Of a DNA stretch of 64,000 nt, positions 1 to 10,368 are shown one piece after another. The notes beneath the pieces were generated by a model that was not told where the DNA came from, did not search any database, and was given only the letters and a program-made list of their open reading frames with translations. The translations under genes were made by a program, and so were the position numbers. Where the stretch lies: NCBI GenBank assembly GCA_020137815.1, contig CM035354.1, positions 7,502,001-7,566,000 on the forward strand. Reading direction: 5' to 3'. Source of the DNA: Hormiphora californensis (taxonomy: Eukaryota; Animalia; Ctenophora). Position 1 is the stretch's first letter, and every line of letters starts with the position of its first letter.

Positions 1-133
1 CTTGAAAAGCAGTTCGCTTCCTTGGCGTCACTGTTAACAATGTGCTGGTCACCGATAGTAATTGAAGGACAGCAACCAGAGAATATCGAAATGAGAAATC
101 TGGGATCGAACACAGTGAATGTAACTTCCAACA

Positions 134-320
134 CATCGGTGTGTAGTGGTTAACTACTCTCCTCGAATCCAGATGGTCCGGGGTTCAAATACCGGTCCTG
201 ACGCAGCCGATATGTGAATTGAAGGGACTGGAAATGACATAATTATTGCATACACTATAACACAATCTTGGGGTGGCAACCGACTATACTGAAGAGATAC
301 CGAAAGGACCGTATTATATA
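134..320 (+). mobile_element. Putative tRNA-derived SINE
   Basis: tRNA-like head at 134-204 with A-box-like GTGTAGTGGTTA and B-box-like GGTTCAAATACC inside a CCGG..CCGG stem. Followed by a ~110-bp non-tRNA tail ending in TATATA. Confidence 0.45.
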
Positions 321-1035
321 TCCGGATATTTAGATTTGCTTTTAGTTATTTCTAAATGGAATCCTAACCAACAATAATAATAAGGCTCACTTGAATTGTT
401 GTTTGGTTTTTCCTTTGCTTTGTTAGTTTGATAATATCGTTCGTTCGTAAGAGAGATTGGAGTGGCCAAAAGTTTATGAGGAGAATTAGAATGAAAAGGA
501 TGATGATGTACTGGCGACCGGTACATCAGCATCCTTCTCATTCGTTTGTACGTGGGAGGATTATGAAATTCAATTTGAATGTTGATAAATTAAAATATTC
601 GCCTTGTTTAATTTCATCATTATCATTTACCAACGAATTACCCGTTTACTTATCTTTGACAGCCGGGAGAAAAAAAAACTTAACTTCCTCATCAATCATA
701 ATCTATCTCTATCTAGTTTCCTGACCCCGAAATACAGCGAATCATTAACAAAGCTTTCTAGGTAGTCCAGGGGTGTGAGGGAGGGGGCAGTCCACTTGGC
801 CACGTAAATTGTTTTCTTGCCTCCTCTTTTTCGGGTTGGAAAATGGAAGCTTGTTCCTTGACCCTTCTTCCAGCGTACCGCTCGAAACCGAATAGAAAAT
901 ACTCGGCAGACTCTCACCGTTTTCTCCGCCAGTGAGGGTAAGGCGTTGTCGTGAGCGACCCAGACGCTGCGCAAGGTTTGAAGCGGAAAAAAACACGAAG
1001 CCGGAAAAAGATGGGTGCCAAAAAAGTTGACTCAC

Positions 1036-1063
1036 TAAATGTAAATGTAAATGTAAATGTAAT
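1036..1063. repeat. (TAAATG)4 microsatellite, possible 3' tail of a minus-strand LINE-derived element
   Basis: Direct reading; lies ~140 bp downstream of the ORF1-like stop on the minus strand. Confidence 0.6.
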
Positions 1064-1203
1064 ATATGCATTTAATATACCACTTTCTAGTGTAAATAAT
1101 ACGGTGTCCGTATTGATAGCCAACGCTATACGAACACACACACTTCCTAAAGTGGTTATAAGACCAAAACACACGAACGTTCTACGTAAATATACGAAAC
1201 GAG

Positions 1204-1879
1204 TTAGTAACCCATTTTAATGATCCCGTTTTGAATGTAATATTTCCCATTTGGATCTTCCAGTCTAAGCCTCTTTACGGTTTCTACTAGTTGTTTTCGT
1301 TCCTTTTGTTGAACAGGAGTTAGATCCGGTGAGAAAAATACAGATGAAAAGTTTTCCGATTGTTTCAAGAGTTTTGCTTTCCTAAGAAGTGCTAACAGAG
1401 ATTCTCTGCTCTCCAGAGAGATAACCAGTGGTCTCGTTTTGGAACTTGAATCCAGTTTTTGGCCGACTCGTTTCATTGATTTAGTAACAGGTTTCTCATT
1501 TAACTCTTCGAATAGTTCTTTCACTGAGATTGAATCAACTCGGGTTGTAGACTCAGGTAAACCAAACACCACAAGGTTTTTAGCTCTATCAGGCTCCACC
1601 ACTGCATTGCTAGACGCTGAGCTCCGAGGGGTTGCTGCATTTTTCACTACCTTAGGAGTTAGGGGTGATCACAGAGCAGTTTTGACTCAAAACGGTAGAA
1701 TATGCTTTCATTTTAGCAACAGAACTGGACGCAGCCTCGAGATGGCGGTCTTGTAGAGCGATAATCTTCTTCTGTAGGTCAATTACAGAGATCCGATGCT
1801 TATCAAGTTCCTCCTTGTATTTCTGCATGCGCAGTTCAGCTTCTTTCACTTTACAATCCATGACATGCTGAGAATTCAT
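1204..1879 (-). pseudogene. Frameshifted non-LTR retrotransposon ORF1-like protein (coiled coil + RRM/CTD)
   Basis: RAKNLVVFGLPES...KRVGQK...TRPLVISLES...VFFSPDLTPVQQKERKQL is typical of CR1/L2-type ORF1. The coiled-coil part (1652-1879) is in a different frame, with a shift near 1650. Confidence 0.7.
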
Positions 1880-2039
1880 ATACCGATTTACAACACGTAT
1901 ACTGCTAACAATAGTCCTGTTACTCAGATTAATAACCTCCTCAATTTCTAAAAGGGGGTTAAAATGGGATTAGATAACAATATCAATATAAAAACACCGG
2001 TCTCCCATGGGGGAGAAGATTAATAAATTACTGCATTGA

Positions 2040-3959
2040 TTAAAATTGATTAAATCGGGTAGAATTAAAAGAATTATATAATAAGTTAATATCTTGTTTT
2101 TCACTCTTGTATTGTATTGTTTTGGTAAACTTATTGCCTCTATGGCCCCTTAAACTGATCACAGTTGTTCTGAGCAGGGTGAAGGACAATCGCTGCCTGA
2201 TATAACGGATGGTATCAGGATAAGCCTGTTTGGTTTTGTCAGCAAGCAGCTTTGCTAGGCGCCTGTAGAATTTTTCTGCCTCGTTGCCCAGGGCACCAGT
2301 TATTGAAAACACAAGAGGGCAAAAACAGCTCTGCTCGACCTCAAGGACCCGTTCGTTATAGCACCGTTTTTTCTCGTCCTCGTGCCGTTTCAGAGCTGTG
2401 TCGAGCGGGATGGCACTGTTGGTGGGTGCCAATGGATTAAAGATACGAACATCCGTGTAAATTTTGTCCATAGGAAGCCAAAAGTCCCTGGCAGCAACAT
2501 CGAGGCGAGCATCGTTTGCAGTGTTCGCGGACTTTAGCCGGAACGTTTCGCCAGTGATTGGGAGAAGATGGGGTTCTCTTGAAACATCACGGCATCCGGC
2601 CTCTTTCAACAAGTTTGCAGTAAGGTCCCGGATCTCATTGTGTCGGAGCTGTACGTAACCGCCAAGATGACAAGAGAGGCTGTGTTCAGTGGTGTTAGGT
2701 TTTCCACACGGACAATTTGGTGGTCTACCCTCAAGTTCCAAGCAGTAGCGGAGGGACATGGAGTCCCAGAACTCCTGTTTGTTCAGATTGAACCTATGTT
2801 CCTTGAGGGGGAGAGATGTTACCCATATGGAAGACCCTCGCCGTGTTCTCTCTTGGTGGAAACGCTGTTCGTTGGGTGGTAGTGCCTCTCTCACAAGTTC
2901 TTCAGCCTTGGTCTGGTTCAGCCGTTTGGTGGTCAACATCTCGGATTTTGCAGACTCCAGCTCCCGCTTAAGCAAGTGCAAACTCTCTGGATCAAATTGT
3001 GTTTTCTGTTCGTTTATGATTTTGGAGAGAGGTGCAGTAGCCGCTGCAGAACTGGCGTATTCAAAATCCGCGATCTCGACGGGGTTGAAGATTCCAAGGC
3101 CCCCATGGCGGGCAGGGAGTGACAGAAGTTTCCGATTGTTTGGGGTCAGTTGGTTGCTGATTGTTTTTGGGATGAAAGTGGATGATATGATGTCTTCCAG
3201 TGGCTGGAAGAGATCAGAGATGTCCTTGGTAGTTCTCATAATAAACAACCACCGTTTGGAGAGTCCCATGATGTAAGCAGAGAATGATGGATGGGGCTCA
3301 GATGTTGAAAAATCAGATAAGTCTGTAAGCTCTTGGGCCCACGTCTCAACCTGTTGACTGACGTACTGTTTCTTAAACTCGTCGGTACCTAGGGGAGCTC
3401 CGAGATATCTTTGTCCCTCTGATGTAATATGCACACCTGTGTCCTTGAAAATAGAGCTGGCAGTGTTCTCAAGCCCAGGTTTGACGATCAGCACAGACTT
3501 CTTTCCATTGGGGAAGTAGCCTAATCCTGGGCCAACTTCGCACAGAATGTCCCACCACTTCCGCATAGCCAAGAGTTTCCCAACAGATGCACCGTCATCG
3601 GCAAAGAAAATCTGTGCACAGTCTGCCTCGGAAAGGGCTGATATGAGAGGATTCAGGCTGATGCAGTACCAGGGAGATGCAAGGTTGCAACCCTGAGTGG
3701 TGCCTTCACTACTCAGAATGAAAGTGCCGTTCTGTAGGAAAAGTTTGGCAGGGGATCGGTAGATGTTGATCGTGAAGGTGGCGAGCGGGGGGCAAAGATA
3801 GCGGAGATTGACGAGGGCGGTTGCCCGATTAAGCACATTAAAGGCGTTGGTTGCATCCGCTAAGAGCACTCCCTCAGAGCCATCGTCATCAAACATGCTA
3901 GACATGCTGTGGACGGCAGCCTCAATTCCACCCTGAAGACCGGAGGCAAGCTGCAGTGG
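2040..3959 (-). mobile_element. 5'-truncated CRE-clade non-LTR retrotransposon: reverse transcriptase + CCHC + restriction-like endonuclease
   Basis: Open frame with DATNAFN, EGTTQG, FADD, RYLGAPLG, CPC..H..C, RHNEIRD, RLDV..D and EKKRCY motifs. The ORF track's N-terminal ~44 aa come from the adjacent DNA element, not from the retrotransposon. Confidence 0.9.
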
Positions 3960-5210
3960 TAGTGGAGAGCGCAGCTCCAGACCGCGCAATTCCAAGCCGC
4001 GCATTTTGTTCTTGTTTGTGCGCGCTCTGCCACTTGTTCGTCCGTATAGTGGAGAGCGCAGCTCCAGACCGCGCAATTCCAAGCCGCGCATTTTGTTCTT
4101 GTTTGTGCGCGCTCTGCCACTTGTTCGTCCGTACTCGAGCCAAACCAGAAATTTTTCATTTCCACTTCGGTGGATTCTGGGAGGTTTGATCCGGATGCTC
4201 TGTGCGATTTCGATGTTCTTTCCTTGTATTCTGTTTTATTTGTGCCGTTCTTGATAATGATTCCAAAGTTATAAATTCATCTTTCCCCATAATTTAGCTA
4301 CTTTTTTGATGTTTTTCGTTGAGAGAAATTTTTGAAAAAGCTTGAGCAGCCTTGACTTTACCTCAGCGTTAGCAGTGTCGTCATCACGCAGCTCCTTGAG
4401 TCTACGTTTATGCTTCTCCACTTGATCATAATCGTCAACCATTTTGGCTCAAATTAATTCGTTTAAAGTAGTGTTGAAAAGTTTGAAACTTTTGGAAATT
4501 TGGATTTTAGTATAATCAAAACTTGTTTGTTTCATTTTGATTTTTGAACCTGTACCTCCTCCGCATTTATCACTTACCTGTCGTTCAATTTAACGAATTG
4601 GGCTAGTGTGCTATACATTTCGATATCTCTCGAAATCTTTTGCGAGTGGAGATTTTGGTCATAAAATAATTTGAGTGTATTCTTTTTACAATATAACTAG
4701 TTGAAGCTTCTAAAGTAAACAACACCCACTGCACCTCTGTTTGAAAATACAGTTGCCTGAAAACCACCACCTCTGATACAGATAGAATCAAAACCCAGAC
4801 AATGATCCATCAGAACTATATTTCATAAACCAAGTGAGTTGTCTTGGAGATTCTCGATCGCAGGATATTCTAGTAACAACTGTTTTTACATCTTTCTACA
4901 CCAATGTCGCAACATTATCCTCTACAATATATGACTATCTTTGCGCTACCCAGCTCAGGTGCCAACTGATATATGATAAACACAGGAATAAAGACTACAG
5001 CACATTTTCACTGCGGTAGCCAGGACTTTCACGATCGAACGATAATCAAAATTTGGAAGACTGGGATGCTGTTGGAACATGAGACCAAGCTTCTACAACG
5101 TCTATGGCTAGGCAGGATTGCTATAGAACGTGGACTACAGTGAACACTCACACAACCAATAGTAAGCTAGAGGTGAATTATCGCAGTAATACTACAGTAA
5201 TAGTAATATT

Positions 5211-5611
5211 TTCCCTTCCCTTGGCCTTCCCTTGGCCTTCTCTTGGCCTTCCCTTGGCCTTCCCTTGGCCTTCCCTTCCCTTCCCTTCCCTTCCCTTCCC
5301 TTCCCTTCCCTTCCCTTCCCTTCCCTTCCCTTCCCTTCCCTTCCCTTCCGTTCCCTTCCCTTCCCTTCCCTTCCCTTCCCTTCCCTTCCCTTCCCTTCCC
5401 TTCCCTTCCCTTCCCTTCCCTTCCCTTCCCTTCCCTTCCCTTCCCTTCCCTTCCCTTCCCTTCCCTTCCCTTCCCTTCCCTTCCCTTCCCTTCCCTTCCC
5501 TTCCCTTCCCTTCCCTTCCCTTCCCTTCCCTTCCCTTCCCTTCCCTTCCTTTCCCTTCCTTTCCCTTCCCTTCCCTTCCCTTCCCTCCCTTCCCTTCCCT
5601 TTCTTTTCCTT
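5211..5611. repeat. (CCCTT)n pentanucleotide microsatellite inside the element
   Basis: Direct reading; second copy at ~9391-9780 ends in a (CCTTA)n variant. Confidence 0.95.
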
Positions 5612-6116
5612 TCAAAACTCTGCCTATACGTAACTCCCCCCTCCTTCTCCCTGCTGCAGGTTCAGTTGATTGGAAATGGGGGTAGGGCACTCAGACTACC
5701 CACACGAGTTAGGTAGCTCATTATTGATCCCACTAAACAGATGATATAGGAGATGTTGTTACCTTTACTGTTGACCATAACACCACCGAGTGTTCCACTG
5801 GAGCCTGGAGGAGTTCTTATACAGGGTAACTTGTCAGGATTGACTGTTATGTCAAGGCTTTTTAATCGTCAAAGCTCTGTTATACCAAAATCATGTTTTA
5901 CACGTTTTCCCTCCCCCTCAGGACTTCACACTGCGCTATCAGAACGGACCAGTAATAATCGAGAGTTACTACTACACCCCTAACCATGTGGCTGCTGGTT
6001 GATCCAAGTTGGTTGGGGATAGATGAGATCCGGTTGATATAGGTGTCTGTGTGGGGCTGTGGCTAGTGTTACTGTCAGTTATGTCAGGATGGTCCTGTTG
6101 AGAAAAACCACGCCCC

Positions 6117-6193
<77 letters not shown>

Positions 6194-7401
6194 GAGAAAG
6201 AGAGAGGGCCGAGGGGTGGGTACTGGATACTGGGTAGTGAGAGAAACCTTCTCCAAATCGTGTCTCATATCGTCTAACACTCCAAATAAGCTTTCCAAAA
6301 TATATTTATTAAACTCTTTTGGGTGGGGTGGTGTTCAAGAGGTCAGCCAAAATTTTACACTGACTCATCGTTATTGCCTGGCTCTACCCTCTTTGCGTGC
6401 GCCCGCCCTCTTTTACAAATGTAAACGAGGGTTATAACGTCGTTATGGCTCTCATGCAGCATGCTGAGAATTTAGATATATTAGGGATGCCAACCTACTC
6501 AGTACTCTTGACATCATATCTATAACCCACACACTCAATTCCAGGTGTTCAACGGTTGATTGTCCTTCTCAAAAATAGTCCATCAGAGGATAACTACTAT
6601 CTCACACATCAACAGCTACAGCTGCATGTGGAACAGGAAAGGAAGCAGTGAATCACTGTCAGTGATCGATGGGAAAAGGGGTTATGTTGCATGTCACGCC
6701 CCTCTGTTCGCCGTCAAGTGGTTATGGCATCGACATTATAAGGTGAGAGCAACCAGTGGTAGATTATGCTTTTTAGTTCTCTATATTTTAGTTGACAAAT
6801 GACAAGTCAAAATATTTTAATTCTCTAATTATTTTCTCTCACCCTACCTGCTAGCTACCATTCTATGAATCCTCAATCCACCCTCAGTAGCTGTCACTCT
6901 CTCGCTCTGGCTCTATCTACTTCTCTCCGCCTCTCTCAATCTCCTCTCTCTCTCTCTTTCGTTGTATGTAGCTGTAGTACGGGATAAGATCTCGCGTATG
7001 TGATCCTATCCTTCTTGTGGGTGATTGTGTTGCAGGACTGGATCACTCGAATGTGATGTTAGGTTTTATCAGTTGTTTAGCAGACATAAACCCTGGCCCC
7101 TGCCCTTACTCAACAACTGCCCATAGTAATCCCTGGCAACCGTTTATCTTCCCTGGGTGGTATTAATTCAACAACCTTCTTTTTTCATTTTTGGTGACCC
7201 CCCGAAATTTATAAAACTTTCCTAGTAACCCTATAGGCCCGGCCCTGGCCCCTGGGGCCCGAACAACATGACACTTGCTATTCCCAAGATAGCAGATATA
7301 ATATATAACATATTCTCTCTACAGATAACGTTACGATTAGTCGAACACTGTTTCACCTTTACCAACACTCTTTTTACCCTCTAACACCCCTTCCCTCTCA
7401 G

Positions 7402-7818
7402 GAAAGAGATCTTGAAGAGGAACAGCCCGGCCCAGCAGCCAAGAGATCTCAGCTGGAAGCTATGACCCAGACTGATAAGGAAATCACATCTCGACCTGAA
7501 GCTTATGATGTGGAGGATTACTGTGATAAGGTTTGTGTCCAGCTCTAGCCTCTAATCCCAGTTAGGTTGTTTTTCTCAATCGCCTAACTGCTAATTTACA
7601 CTCTCGTTTACTGGTATAGCCCATGTTATATCTAATCACTTAACACCTGCTATCTGAACCGAAACCCCAGTTTCTATCTATCTCACACCAACACCCCTAA
7701 CTCACCCCCTGATTAACCAGGCCCTAATAACACCCCATCTCCTCCTCTCCAGGACCACTCAGAGCCGGAATTCGACTTTCGAGTTGACTGTAACAAACTG
7801 CACCACATGATACTATGA
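7402..7818 (+). pseudogene. Spliced gene fragment carried in the element (exons 7402-7530 and 7753-7818)
   Basis: AG/GT-bounded 129-nt phase-0 exon ERDLEEEQPGPAAKRSQLEAM...YCDK. Terminal exon DHSEPEFDFRVDCNKLHHMIL* with AATAAA near 7974. The copy at 11581-11960 has a 37-bp deletion. Confidence 0.45.
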
Positions 7819-9390
7819 CGGCGACTGTGGCCTGTGGGTGCTGTTGTGATGTATGCTGTGATGTCAGGACATTGAAACAGAATCTTCCTTACTCCCCTAC
7901 ACTGTATATATATATATACACAATGGACCGTTTATTATAGAGTGTGTTTTTCATTTTCTTTAACATTGGTGTAAATAAATTGCCTCGATTGATTGAAACT
8001 GTTGTCTGTTCTTGATACTAACAGGACACCATTGCATGATATATCCAATACCTCCACCTCTGCCTACTCAAATTATGAGAATTTCGTTTATCTCAATGGT
8101 GTCCTGGGTTTTCAATGTTCATTGCCCGCAATTGGTGGCAAATCATTCGGTCTCAGTCCCGAAACGAACATTCACGTCGCGCGCGAGAACACACCAATGA
8201 TGCTCTCGGCGCGGCGTAAAAATGCTAGTGTCAGCTCAATCAGCGATGTCGCCGACGGTCGGCGACGGTCGCCGACGTCGGGCGCGCACAACGATGGAGC
8301 AAGGATCCCCACTAGTACTCGAGCCAAACCAGAAATTTTTCATTTCCACTTCGGTGGATTCTGGGAGGTTTGATCCGGATGCTCTGTGCGATTTCGATGT
8401 TCTTTCCTTGTATTCTGTTTTATTTGTGCCGTTCTTGATAATGATTCCAAAGTTATAAATTCATCTTTCCCCATAATTTAGCTACTTTTTTGATGTTTTT
8501 CGTTGAGAGAAATTTTTGAAAAAGCTTGAGCAGCCTTGACTTTACCTCAGCGTTAGCAGTGTCGTCATCACGCAGCTCCTTGAGTCTACGTTTATGCTTC
8601 TCCACTTGATCATAATCGTCAACCATTTTGGCTCAAATTAATTCGTTTAAAGTAGTGTTGAAAAGTTTGAAACTTTTGGAAATTTGGATTTTAGTATAAT
8701 CAAAACTTGTTTGTTTCATTTTGATTTTTGAACCTGTACCTCCTCCGCATTTATCACTTACCTGTCGTTCAATTTAACGAATTGGGCTAGTGTGCTATAC
8801 ATTTCGATATCTCTCGAAATCTTTTGCGAGTGGAGATTTTGGTCATAAAATAATTTGAGTGTATTCTTTTACAATATAACTAGTTGAAGCTTCTAAAGTA
8901 AACAACACCCACTGCACCTCTGTTTGAAAATACAGTTGCCTGAAAACCACCACCTCTGATACAGATAGAATCAGAACCCAGACATGACAATGATCCATCA
9001 GAACCATATGTCATAAACCAAGTGAGTTGTCTTGGAGATTCTCGATCGCAGGATATTCTAGTAACAACTGTTTTTAGATCTTTCTACATCAATGTCGCAA
9101 CATCACCCTCTATAACTATCTTTGCGCTACCCAGGTACCAACTGATATATGATAAACACAGGAATAAAGACTACAGTATATGAAGTTTTCACTGCGGTAG
9201 CCAGTGCTTTCACGATCGAACGATAACCAAAATTTGGGAGACTGGGATGTAGTTGGAACAAGAGACAAGCTTCTACAATGTCCATGGCTAGGCAGGATTA
9301 CTATAGAACGTGGACTACACTGAACACTCACACAACCAATACTAAGAGGTGAATTATCGCAGTAATAGTAATACATAGTAATATTTTCTC

Positions 9391-9783
9391 TTCCCTTCCC
9401 TTCCTTCCAGTTTCCCTTCCCTTCCGGCTTCCCTTCCGGCTTCCCTTCCGGCTTCCCTTCCCTTCCCTTCCCTTCCCTTCCCTTCCCTTCCCTTCCCTTC
9501 CCTTCCCTTCCCTTCCCTTCCCTTCCCTTCCCTTCCCTTCCCTTCCCTTCCCTTCCCTTCCCTTCCCTTCCCTTCCCTTCCCTTCCCTTCCCTTCCCTTC
9601 CCTTCCCTTCCCTTCCCTTCCCTTCCCTTCCCTTCCCTTCCCTTCCCTTCCCTTCCCTTCCCTTCCCTTCCCTTCCCTTCCCTTCCCTTCCCTTCCCTTC
9701 CCTTCCCTTCCTTTCCCTTCCCTTACCTTACCTTACCTTACCTTACCTTACCTTACCTTACCTTACCTTACCTTCCTTACCTT
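9391..9783. repeat. (CCCTT)n/(CCTTA)n microsatellite, outer element copy
   Basis: Direct reading. Confidence 0.95.
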
Positions 9784-10294
9784 TCGTTTCATTTCATTTC
9801 ATTTCAAAACTCTGCCTATACCTAACTCACCCTCCTTCTCCCTGCTGCAGGTTCAGGTGATTAAAAATGGGGATAGGGCACTCAGACTACCCACACGAGT
9901 TAGATAATTATTGATCCCACTAAACAGATGATATAGGGGATGCTGAACTACCTTAACTGTTGACCATAACGACTCCGAGAGTTCCACTGGAGGAGTTCTT
10001 ATACAGGGTAACTTGTCAGGATTGACTGTCTAGGCTTTTTAATCGTCAAAGCTCTGTTATACCAAAATCATGTTTTACACGTTTTCCCTCCCCCTCAGGA
10101 CTTCACACTGCGCTATCAGAACGGACCAGTAATAATCGAGAGTTACTACTACACCCCTAACCATGTGGCTGCTGGTTGATCCAAGTTGGTTGGGGATAGA
10201 TGAGATCCGGTTGATATTATAGGTGACTGTGTGGGGCTGTGGCTAGTGTTACTGTCAGTTATGTCAGGGTGGTCCTGTTGAGAAAAACCCCGCC

Positions 10295-10368
<74 letters not shown>

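Larger units (their letters stand above)
4047..8314. mobile_element. Inner intact copy of the same element, inserted into the outer copy
   Basis: Starts TAGTGG and ends CCACTA. Flanked by a GTA duplication (4044-4046, 8315-8317); the uninterrupted site TCCGTACTCGAG is visible inside it at ~4128-4139. Confidence 0.75.

Noticed and set aside
134-204. Functional tRNA gene
   Set aside because: Acceptor and anticodon stems are not convincingly paired, the B-box is variant and it continues into a SINE-like tail.
1-1030. Possible decayed minus-strand coding sequence
   Set aside because: Short broken ORFs with no recognisable motif; cannot be supported.
3956-4091. N-terminal 29-aa repeats of the 683-aa RT ORF
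   Set aside because: Chance read-through into the two left ends of the inserted DNA element.
5104-5716. FPSLP / GKGRE repeat ORFs
   Set aside because: Translations of the (CCCTT)n microsatellite.
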